A DNA stretch of 64,000 nucleotides from Phoronis australis. Taxonomy: Eukaryota > Animalia > Phoronida. How positions within the stretch are numbered: the first letter of the stretch is position 1; the number at the start of each line of letters is the position of its first letter. A program made the position numbers and the translations under genes. The stretch lies in NCBI GenBank assembly GCA_002633005.1, contig NMRA01000541.1, positions 124,001 through 188,000 of the forward strand, written 5' to 3'. Below the pieces are notes generated by a model that was not told where the DNA came from, ran no database searches, and worked only from the letters and a program-made list of their open reading frames with translations. Below are positions 1 to 11,700 of this stretch, one piece after another.

Positions 1-2123
1 CCCTCATCCGCTACCGGTCCTAGTTGCTGAACTCTATATTTCCTCACGGTTCACGCTGTTGCTGCTTCATTTTGCGTGCGGCAGCCGGGGGGCGACCCCC
101 CTAAATCCTCCTATGCTACTTAATGTTTTAAGTTCAAACGCACGACATGTTTAAGAGTTCTCGCAAATCCCTACTCGTACTTGGCTAAGAAGTGCAAGAA
201 ACATTCATTTCCCTGTATGAAGGCCATTACCGATGTAAGGTAAAAAACAGAAAAACACGGTCAAACGCATTAAAATGATGCTGTGGTCAGTAAAATTTAT
301 TCAATAAATTTTGAAAAGACTTTTTCACTGACCAATTTAATGCATTTTACGGCGTTTTAGTTTTTAGTACTTCAAAGAACAAACAATAACAGGCAACAAC
401 TTTCTCACAAAAAACAACTTTTAGCATATCCTGTCTTCACCGAGCATTTGACATAAAAATATATATTATAAAAATGGCCAGCACTCAGGGACACATCCAG
501 AATTTTGAGTTAGGGGGGCCAGGGAGGAGTATTAGCCCGTCAGACATTTGCACCCCCGTACTAGGGGAGGGCATGGCCCCCTTACCCCCTTAAATTCCCC
601 TTTGGTACTGCCTCGTATAAAAACAACCTCACAATCTACACGACAGCCTGTCTCCACTGAGCAAGACTGTAATAGCAACTGGTACATCTTCAGTGATCAA
701 GCGAATAAAACCTACAACTGTTGGCACAGCACTGAAAATCACCGTGACTCCAAGGTCACAGTCATCCACTCCTCGTCACTCACATCATTGCCTCGTTTAT
801 ATTTATGACAATTTGACGTTGCATGCTATTCTAACGCAGAAGCCACCGTTATACTGTTGCTGTGCGCTACACTCCACAGAGGTGGATTATGATTCATTTA
901 ATTGATACGAGTGTGAATGTTAACTTGTCCCTTATTCGTCAAATGCAAAGTGGGATGGCTAATGACCTTTTAGGCTAGTCACGAATATCGGGTCAGTTGG
1001 GGCGTAAACTGACTGACATCGAAGCATACGTCATAGCTGAGCAAATGACAACGTCTTATTGGTCCCACAGTGATGGGGCGGTAACTTGACACACTTGGGA
1101 AGTACATTTCGAGTCAACTCTGACGCGCCTCGATGACTCGTAACGTGTCTGAAAAGACCCGTCAGAAGGTGACGCTAGGGGCGTTCCATATCTCGCTTCA
1201 AAAACGCATTTCTCGGGGTTGGCGACGGGGCACTGCCGGGAATCAACAGCGACGGTATGGTACCCTTCTTCAGGCGTTGTTTCGCAGGGACCTTCATCAG
1301 TTCAGCGTGCATATCTGTCATAATCTGACGGCAGAAAATGCGTCCCACACACTCGGTAACCCTCCACTGCTTTGTACGTTGTGTGAACGGGTAGCGCTGC
1401 GTTCTTCACAAACGAGCTAGCCAAGTAGCGCGAAGTGCGTCATCCTTCGGAAAGCGACGCAAGGTACCCAAAGCGCGTGTGAGACGATAATGAGTACATC
1501 CCGACACGCAGCAACAGCGTGGCATGTTGACTGACTTGTAAACAAAAGCAAACCACGACCGAACTTATCACAACCGAGGTAGAACAATGACTGACCAGAC
1601 AGCTCTCACAGTCAGACTATAATGAAAAAAAACTGGCGCGAAATTCTTGCCTCCCAAAACGTCACTCCCGGAGTAGACGACGAGTAATTAATTAAATTAC
1701 GAAAAGCAGTAAATAAGTAAAAAATGTGTCTGGGATAATCAACGAACCTTATTTTTGCTAAAAGTGACATGAAAAAGGGTTGCCTTCGCTTTTAAACCTA
1801 ATAATTCCACGAAGTCTATCCTATTCATAAATAATTCCAAATGAGTGCTTCGCCTGTAAAATCAATAATGTCAGCAAATGTGCGGCAGACAACGATGAGA
1901 GCAGATGATTTGTTCTCAAAAGTTCGCTTCTTGAGCGGAAGGCAGCCATGCTTTAAACAAGACAATAATAAATACAACGCAACAACAAAAAGTAAATGAT
2001 AAATGGACGTGTTTTTATTATTTGTGTCCAAAATATGTCTCGGCCCACTACTATGAATGTGAGTGTGTCTTTGGATATTTTTTCCATCTAACAATAATCG
2101 ATTTAACTTTTCAGATCAAGTAA

Positions 2124-2774
2124 CCACATTTTCAGTCAGACCTGTATCGAACACGGAGGCCCCCACGTCCACATGGTTTTGACGGGCAAGAGTGCACAAA
2201 TAGCGAAAGTACCACCGTCAGAAAAGCAGTCCAGGAGAGCGTGACGTGTATAGAGGATGGAGACGAGGGATACTGCCCTAAAGGTTGTGACTCGGATGTT
2301 GGCAGTGTCCGAATACAACACAGTACATTTGCAAGGAGTGGGTTTGTGATGGAGAAAGAGACTGTGTTGACGGAAGTGACGAGAAATTCTCGAGTTTCTC
2401 TACCTGAGTGCCCCATTCGACATGAACTGTTTAAGTGCGACAATGGCCATTGTACTCTAAAAGCATTCGCTTGCGATGGAGAACCGGACTGTGAAGACTC
2501 CAGTGACGAAAGAAACTGTTCCAGTAGCCTATGCAGAAACAAGACATTTCGATGTGATTACGGCGCCTGAATTCATTCCCTTTACGAGTGCGACGGAGTG
2601 GAAGATTGTTGGGACAACAGCGACGAGCTGCATTGCTCCACCTGACTTACCCCTTGCAATCCGTTAACTCAGTTCACGTGTACCAGTACACGCCTCTGCA
2701 TATCTCAGTTCAACGTTTGTCATGGTTTCGTGAACTGTTACGACAGAAGTGACGAGTTAAACTGTACAACTTGA
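2124..2774 (+). pseudogene. Disabled exon with 4 recognisable LDL-receptor class A (LDLa) repeats plus a degenerate upstream one
   Basis: Main frame gives FKCDNGHCTLKAFACDGEPDCEDSSDERNC, FRCDYGA*IHSLYECDGVEDCWDNSDELHC and FTCTSTRLCISQFNVCHGFVNCYDRSDELNC, with in-frame TGA at 2568 and 2643 and a terminal TGA at 2772. A further repeat, [29 protein letters not shown], is in another frame (2297-2383), which needs two frameshifts. Acceptor-like tttaacttttcag ends at 2114. Confidence 0.8.
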
Positions 2775-4503
2775 GTTTAACAAACAAAATGACTCATTGG
2801 ACTCGTATGAAACTTTCTTAAGGATTGAGTGCTATCAAAAATAAACTCAGACATATGATTTTTATGAAAAAGAGAATGCTTGAATAAAATGAAAACAAAA
2901 TGACAAATTAGAAAACTGTGCAGCGATTTTAAGAATTCGTCTTGAACATTTATATCAAACAAAATATGTTGCTGTTAGTGATACCGTTGTTTTACTATGA
3001 TTGTATCTTACTGTTTACTAAATTTTACTAAACTTTGAAAACATAGTCACATGACTCAATCAACGTCATAAACCATATTCGTCCAGCTTTCTGCTTTCTT
3101 CCACCAATATATACTTTGTCTTGTCTATAAAGTTCTACACACATTTAAAAGCGATTTACAGCAGCGCTGTATTTCATGTCAGATATTTCCCAGTAAAACA
3201 TTTCTCTCGCGGTGAAAATAGACGTGGACAAAACTTTTCCTAAGCTAAACTAACTTTCCTACATGTTATATACGTTTCAGGTGTTTAATCTTATAAACAG
3301 TGCTAATAAATAAAAATACAAAACTGAGATTCCAGAAATAGTCCCGATAGTGTCTCAACTGTGTTCCCTAAATTTTAAGCCCCGTAGTTGAGTGTGTTTA
3401 CTCATTAACGTGATATTCTTTTATGAGCTCCTCTTTTACTCATGACATTTTCTGATATACGTGAAAACTGAGCTCTTATTTCAATGAAAATAAATTTCTA
3501 TCAAGGCTATTATAGAAGTCGCATGAAATGTCCCTGTTCATTTCCAATAACATCAAGAATTCAAGGTGGAATTTATAAATCTGATTTGTGATCAGAATTA
3601 TGTCAGACATACTGATTCCAATTCATGTCAGATATAAAGCAGAATTATGTCGGACACGATTCTTGTTCTGAGACAGATTAGACCGTCTCAAAGTAAGTTT
3701 TGGGTGTCTCACAAATGTACACTTGTCTAGTGCAACGAGATTAAATTTTTGGAATGTTATTTGAGGATTTTAATTTTCTTTTGTCCATCAATATATTTTG
3801 TTGCTCCGCTGTCGATTGTCACTCCCTGTAACTGACTGTGTCTGTGTTTCATCACTTGTTGCTGGGCTTAGCTAGGTGGCCACTATGTTCTCTGTTCTGA
3901 TGATGGTGTTTAAATAAATGACACCGAAACATGTCAAGTCGATTTAAACCGTAGTTGTTTTTATTAACAATGTTTTATTGATGCAAAGTCGTCTGCACCG
4001 GTTCTTGTGTATTGACGAAGAGCATTCCCCAAGGGTCAAGGTTCCATGCGCGCAACAATTAAGCCTAAAATATACGGGGGCTTGGTAACTTTTCTGTATG
4101 CTTACCTTTTACTGAAAGAAATCAACGAGGACTAAAAAAAGGAGAAAAAACCGGGGCAGTAGAGTTTGTGGACTTTTTTTTCTCGTTTACTCGTACTTTT
4201 TGTTTTACTGAGGCGGACCTTTTTGCCCATTTCGCCAAATCTCGAGCCCCCAAGCCCCCCGGGGTGCGCCCATGGTTTCTTCTGCTGCTGGGTAGTTAGA
4301 AGCCTACTGAGTGGCTGACCTCGGCCAAATTAACGTGTCTATAGTAATTAAACGGCATGATGACAGTCGCGGCTATTCATGATCCGTGGTTTTGCAAAAT
4401 GTAATGGTACCGTCAAAACAGGGCGGTTCTCATTCATACTTGTGTGTGGCAAAACTGAATTTGTTTCAACACCAGTTAAATTTGGACCATGGTAAGGCAC
4501 TAA

Positions 4504-4584
4504 CACACACCCATTCAAACACACACACAACACACACACAACACACACAACACACACAACACACACACACACACACACACACAC
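4504..4584. repeat. Imperfect (CA)n microsatellite
   Basis: Run of acacac read directly. Confidence 0.95.
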
Positions 4585-4640
4585 CTGATCTCAGGTGACA
4601 TTTGACATGAAGCAAACTAAGACCATGTATAGAATTTGAT

Positions 4641-4701
4641 TTTATTATATTAGAACAAGTCCCCAGTTAAAGCATTCAAAAAACATACATGTGTTTTTAT
4701 T
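4641..4701 (-). terminator. Candidate polyadenylation signals of AIFM3
   Basis: AATAAA on the minus strand at 4696-4701 and 4641-4646, about 1 kb past the stop codon, followed by a GT-rich tract. Confidence 0.45.
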
Positions 4702-5310
4702 TGTCATGGCAATGCACTGTTGTAAACATGAAGAAAACCAAGAAATAAACATGAAAACAAACATGAAAACTATCATACACTATCATAAATTAGAATGGCT
4801 GCATTTATACCCTCCAACATAGCCTATGTTCAATATCAAATATCCTAGGCTGTGTCCAAGACTGGTCATAAATAGTGTTCAATAAGTCAGGTTTAAAACT
4901 TTTGAGAAATTGACCTTCACAGTATTTTTCAGCAAAACAAAAATTCTTTGATTTTTTAAAATTGATTTGGGTCCACTCCATTAGTTAAAGGAATTCTCCA
5001 CAAACAACAAACAGGTTCAATTGAAAGTACAAACATGTCTCAATTTCCAGAAGGGTTGAGGTTCTGCATTGTGACTAGAACATCTTATCATGGACTAAGA
5101 GACTACACCATTACAATTCGTTGATACATGTTACTATAAAAGTGATGTAACAAAACAAAACTCCAGTAAACACCAAAATATATTTTCGCCTCAACACATA
5201 CATTTCAGTTGGGTTGCACATGACATACACTGTATACTCAACTCCATATTGGTCAAGAAGGAAATACAAAGCCTGCTGCAAGTGAAGTGTCCCACATACA
5301 GTCATGCCAG

Positions 5311-5397
5311 CATGGCCCACCTAACAAAGGCTATATTGTGCACAAAGTGATGCTTCCCATGGCCCACCTAACAAAGGCTATATTGTGCACAAAGTGC
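5311..5397. repeat. 47-bp tandem duplication
   Basis: catggcccacctaacaaaggctatattgtgcacaaagtg at 5311 and 5358. Confidence 0.9.
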
Positions 5398-5490
5398 ATG
5401 CTACAAAGACATTAAGCATAAGAATAAATGAACAATAGCAACTAATTAAGCATGAACAATAAACAAAGTACAAATACTAACGACCCATCA

Positions 5491-5641
5491 CAGTAAGAGA
5501 CATTCAAACCAGCCAACTGTCAGTAAGAGACATTCAAACCAGCCAACTATCAGTAAGAGACATTCACACCAGCCAACTGTCAGTAAGAGACATTCACACC
5601 AGCCAATTGTCAGTAAGAGACATTCACACCAGCCAATTGTC
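5491..5641. repeat. 30-bp minisatellite x5 in the predicted AIFM3 3'UTR
   Basis: cagtaagagacattcamaccagccaaytgt at 5491, 5521, 5551, 5581 and 5611. Confidence 0.95.
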
Positions 5642-5718
5642 GTTTTAGGTTAGATTATGATTTCAAGTTCTGCTAGGTTCAGTTGCGCCACCTTTTTTCA
5701 CCATGATGGTCAAAAATG

Positions 5719-5752
5719 TTACAGCAATGACAGGAAGCCATGTGGGTCATTT
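5719..5752 (-). CDS. AIFM3: AIFM3 last coding exon (14): (E)[10 protein letters not shown]
   Basis: Strong acceptor atttctcttgttacttacag; phase 2 matches the preceding exon; TAA at 5721-5719. Confidence 0.75.
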
Positions 5753-8700
5753 CTGTAAGTAACAAGAGAAATACCCAGCGTTGACATGTGCCTTTCCGAG
5801 TACATTGGATACAACACTGATAAAAATGACCATAGTTGTTTTAAACTAGTGAACTTAGAATATGGCATCTAGGGGCTGAAATGCAAGGACTCTACTATGC
5901 TTGCCTAAATAAGAACACATGTGCCACCCTCATCATGATTCTACAATTCACGATTTTACAAACTCACGGAACAAGATCATTTGATGGCGGAGTTTGGAGG
6001 ATTGGGAGACATGTGACAAAAACAGAATGATAAAGAAACAAGAATAAGGTCAGCAGGGAGCACAGTTTTAATTCAAATGTTTATCAAATTCCTTAGAAAC
6101 GAGGCAGGTGCCATCACCACCTCTGTTATAGTAACTCATATCATGAACAGCCATCAAGGAATATTGAGAAAAACACAAACCATAAAACAAAATTGCCACA
6201 AAGACTCCACAGTAGTTGAATTTGTCTGGAAATCTTTCAGTGGTCCTCTTGAATTCAGTTGAACCAAGTACTGAATTTCATCAAGGAACGTGGTAGACAT
6301 TGAGCATAGGCAAAAATTGTCACCCAAGTCAGACCTATCTGAAAATCATGATCTTCCGTGCTCTTTTCAGTACGAATTTTAATGCCAACAGAAAGGCAGA
6401 CACACAAAAAATAAAAAATGTCTGTCTGAAAATAAGAAGGTGTCCTCATCGCCTCCTTCATAGAAAGCATATATTTTGCTAAATTTCATGAAAATCCGTC
6501 AAAAAACCACTTCAACATACAGAGGAGAAGAAGACACTGGTAAATGGATCCAACCAAAAGTTGTGACTATTCTTTGTCACTTTCACAGGAAAACACTTGC
6601 CAAATTTCACAAAGATCCTCCAACTGGTTTAAGAGGAATTATAGCCCTGAATGAAAAGAATGTCATTATGGGGGCATTCACATGGTACCCCATCACTTGA
6701 GGGGGGGGTTGAAAATTTTAAAGATGATGATTTATGACAGGGGGAGGGTTAGACGTCATCATGTTATTATAGAATATCTCCATCACAGTACATATCATTG
6801 GGAAACTGGTTCACCTTCTAGCAGAATGAACTAATCCCTAAACCAGGACCTACCATTTCATGCTTCCAACATTTGATGACATTTCACTAGGTGTATATTA
6901 TCAACATTTATACAGACAAACATTAGCTGTACTGCATCACAGCCTATCACTGACAATCAACATACATCAGGGCAGGATTAGAACATCCAACAACAGGCTT
7001 GGTCATGTTTTGCACAGGATGGGATTTACATTGTGAGATTGTTACCATTATGTAGAGTGGCAACGGAATTTTTTCGTCATTACATTAAATATGCCAAAGC
7101 TGTTTTAATTTGCTTACATAATATACCTCAGGCTTCATTGTTTAATCTCAAATTTGCTGTCCAAATTATCCAATAAGTGGAGACTGGCCACAGAGTAATA
7201 GTAGGCATAGTGTTTTAACTTAATATTACATGAACGCAGAGAGTTGAAATGCACCCACCACTGCACCGCAAACGACGTGCTTCAAGGAGTGCTTTTTAGT
7301 ATCATACAAATAACCATAACATGGTGCCGAATACGTCAAACCAGTCCCAAATTAGGAAGGCGCGGTCTGTCTATAACAACTATTTCAGAATAAAGTACAT
7401 GAAAATTCACTAAGGGACTCCAAAGATAAACAAGAGCAACGCCGGGCGTTGAAATGTGCCCATGAATGCACTGCAAACGGTGTGCTTCTAGGGTTGTTTA
7501 TTTGTTTCATAATGGCCACTAGATGGCACAAAAACGTCCAATCCATCTGAAAACGGTAACATGCCATTGCTTCTTTATTAGAAAGCTATTTTATTACCAT
7601 TCAAGGAACTTCATAGAAACAAAGGAAAACTGAAAAAATAAAATTGTCACTATGGGGCACAGCATTCATTGGATCTGCCTGAAAGACGTTGTCGTCTGTT
7701 GTTAGCTTCACATAAATACAGTCACTAAATTTAATAAAGATCCTGCAGTGGGTTTAGGAGATGCAGCTATGGGCGCAAACCAAACCAAAACTACCACCAA
7801 GATGCGCCATTGTAATCAAAGTCGTCATGGTCAACTGTTCTGTTCAAACTGAGAACATATACCATAAGTTAATTTTCAAAATCATCCTTAGAATGGTTTG
7901 GTTGATCAAAAGGTGGACGTCAAAAACGACTCGAAAAGAGCAAAAATGGCCACTAGGTGGAGCATAGTAACCTCAATTCCCTCCAAAAATGGGAGGATAG
8001 CATCATCTCACCAATAGATGCCTGTATTCCAAATTTTCTGAAAATCTGTTAACAACTTTTGAAGATACAGAGGTACACCTAAAAAACTAAAATTGCCACT
8101 AGGCCGCACACCCATAGTCAGATCTGTTCGAACGTAGTCGACTTCTGTTGTCAACAATACACTTGCTAAATTTTGTGAAGATCCTGCAAACGATTTAGCA
8201 GATACAGCCATGGATGCCAAAAAACAAAACTACCAATAGGTGGCGCCACATCAGTCGAAATCATCATCAGCCATCCTCTTCATAGTATTCAACATACATG
8301 CCAATTTTCACAATCATCCTTCGAGGATGTTGGTTGATAGAGGAGTGGACGCCAAAAAACAGCAAAAATGGCCACTAGGTGTTGCAAACTACATCGAATC
8401 CATCCGAAAAGGAGAGGATAACATCATCTCACTAATAGATGCCTACATGCCGACCGGTAAATGTAAAAAAATAAAATTGCTACTAGGGGGCACACTGGTA
8501 GTCTGATCCGTCCGAAAGTTTGCTCATGCCGTGCCATGCATGGAAGGAACGTGCGCAAATTTTCATGAACGTATGTTGATCGGTTTTGGATATACAGCAG
8601 CGGACGCCAGACGGATAGATGGCTGGAAGGACAGACAAGGATGATGGCTTAATGCATCTACATAAATATAAGGGCGCATAAAAAGGAAACTAATGTAGAA

Positions 8701-11700
8701 ACTAAAAGTGCCGCTTGGAAGCACAGCAGTACTCAGGGCCGTCAAAAAGTTGTGAACAGTCATTGACACATTTAGTGGACCTATAGCCATGGTCGCAACA
8801 AATACAAAATCACCACAAGGGGTCCCCAAAATCCATGGTCAGACCATCCGGAAATCAGCACCAGCCGTGGTCTTATCATCAGGAAAACAACAGATAAGTT
8901 TAATAATGATGTTTGAGCCAGATTAAGATGCAGATACAAAAGACCAAATCAAAATCATAAAATGGCCAGTAGGTGGCGCCAAATTTCATGAAAATCCACT
9001 TGTAACTCAAATAACAGAAACTAAGGTAAACGTAAAAATATGAAATTGCCTTGGTATGGATGCAAAAAAAATGTGCCTGGGCAGTAAACCTGTCCAAAAA
9101 TCAACGCCAGTTGTGGGCTTTTCAACAGGAACAAATTTGTCAAAGTTCATGTTCAGCGGATAAAGAGGCTAATGACAAAAACCATCTCTTTAATAGCAAC
9201 CTATTTAACAAATTACATGAAAATCCACCAAGATGCTACTGAGACACTTGATAGATATTTGTGACCAATGTATAATAATGTGGCATATAATATTGTACAT
9301 GTGCATACATAAGAATATAAAGGACATTGGGTAGAAAACATTCATCGTATTGACATTGGGTAGAGATGACCACAATATGTGACCATATAGTTATACATAA
9401 TTATGTGGATACATAAGAATACACAGGTTCAGTGCATCAAGCATGATACTATGTGACACCAGCAAAATATGGCTACTAGCCACAACTGACCAATGGCAAT
9501 TCATTTGCGTGTGTACAATTTTTAAATGCATTGTAACTGGTGACAGATTTCAGAGTCATCCATGTCAGCCATTTTACTCCATATGTGATAGTGACAACAT
9601 CATGAAACATGGCCCACATTCTGTACTTTTTGCATGCACTTAAGGCTGTCGCATTTTTCCCAAAGTTTCTTGTTAATTCCTAGTGAAAATCATACGGTCA
9701 AAGTGCAATGAGATAATTATTCAACAAAATGACCGAGAATGAAGGAGATTGTCTTCTGATCATGTCAGCTCTGTGTCTCTTGCACAACAAAATGACCGCG
9801 AATGAAGGAGATTGCATTCTGATCATGTAAGCTCTGTGTCTCTTGCACAACAAAATAACAGAGAATGAAGGAGATAGAATTCTGATCATGTCAGAGAAAG
9901 ACGTTTTTGAGCTCGTACAACACATTAAAGTAGTGCACGGCTTACCAGATCAGGAACATGAAAAGTAATTTTTATTCACATATTTTGGAAGTATTCAGAC
10001 TTTAACAATATGGGACAGGTAGTTCAATTTGAGTGCAACTCTGAAACCACTGACGATTATGTAGGTTATAATGAAATTTGTAATTATCATACCTTTTTGA
10101 CTAATTATACTTTCAAACTTAAACAGGTCAGCTGCTATACAAGATAACACAGGTAAACTTTACTTCAATAACTTACGTACAGAACATGCCAACAAAAAAA
10201 TACTCTGATAAATCCTTCTATCAATTAGTGAAAGAAATACTCACTCAATAAAATCTCTGGAAATTTTCTTGCCAGAAGCCAGTACTTCAGCAAACTGAGA
10301 TACAATGGGGTCAAAGTTCATGCTGGATACTGCAACAACACTTCCGCTCCTAAAAAGCATAAACACTTCATAACAGACTATACTTAAACTTAAATTAATA
10401 GTAATTATGATAGTAACGATATATACAAGAGCAACACGGAGCGTTGAAATGCGCCCACGAATGCATTGCAAATGGTGTGCTTTTAGGGTTATTAATTTGT
10501 ATCATAAAAATGGCCACTAGATGGCGCAAAAACATGTTGTTGGTAGTCCTTCGGGTCCGAAGATGACGTAGGTTGTGTGTCTCATCGTCTATGTACACGA
10601 AGATGGCTCTGCAGTCCCAGTCTTGACGCGCAGAGTCGAGCACAGGTGGGGCATTGGAACTCCGTCGTGGTAACAGTGGTGGATGCTGATGGCCACTAGA
10701 TGGCGCAAAAACATACAATCCATCCAAAAACAAGAACATGCCATATTTCATAAAAAATCTGTCAAGGAACTTCAGAAAAACAAAGGAAAACAGAATAAAA
10801 TGAAATTGCCACTAGCGAGCACAGTGTCCGTTGGATCCGCCTGAAAGTCGTTTTCGTCTTTTGTTATCTTCATAATTATAAATACACTTACTAAATTTAG
10901 TAAAGATCCTGCAGTGGGTTTACGAGATACAATTATGGGCGCAAAACAAAACTACCACTAGGAGGCGCCACAGCAGTCAGTCACCATCATCAAAGGTCGT
11001 CTTCACACCGAGAACATACATGCCAACTTTCAAATGATTTGGTTGATACAGGGGCGGATACAAAAAATTAGATTTGAAAACAACAAAAATGGCCACTAGG
11101 TGGTGCAAAATACCTCAATTCCATCCAAAAACAAAAAGATAGCGTCATCACACCAATAGATGCCTATATTTAAAATTTTATGAAAATCTGTTGAGGACCT
11201 TTGAAGATACTGAGTAAAACGTAAAAAACTGAAATTGCCACTAGGGGGCACAGCAGTAGTCAGACCTGTCCGAAAGTCGTCATCATCCGTAGTCAACATC
11301 ATATAAATACACTTGCTAAATTAAGTAAAGATCCTGCGAACAGTTTAGGAGATACAGCCATAGGCGCAACAAAAACAAAACTGCCACTAGGAGGTGCCAC
11401 AGTAGTTAAAATCGTCCTAAAATCATTGTCAACCGTCCTCTTCATAGTAAGCACATACATGCCAATTTTCACAATCATCCTTTGAGCGGTTTAGTTGATA
11501 GAGGGGTGGACGCAAACAGACTCGAAAACAGTAAAAATGGCCACTAGGTGGCGCAAACTACATCGAATCCATCCAAAAACAGGAGGATAGCACCACCTCA
11601 CTAATAGGTGCCTACATATTAAATTTCATGAAAATCCGTTAAGGACTTTTGAAGATACAAAGCTAAGCGTAAAAAACTAAAATTGCCACTAGGGCGCACA

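Noticed and set aside
973-1800. hAT-like element with TAGG..CCTA ends
   Set aside because: TIR match is weak and there is no TSD
2568-2645. Selenocysteine readthrough of TGA in the LDLa repeats
   Set aside because: The same exon has frameshifts and a second TGA at a non-Cys position, and I see no convincing SECIS-like ATGA/AA/GA stem downstream
5491-5641. CRISPR array (also considered for 25173-25360 and 31987-32097)
   Set aside because: Head-to-tail repeats without unique spacers, no cas genes, eukaryotic context
10128-10134. Alternative terminal exon giving ...FIDS*
   Set aside because: The acceptor is plausible, but 5752-5719 has a stronger acceptor and a more AIFM3-like C-terminus; not excluded as a minor isoform
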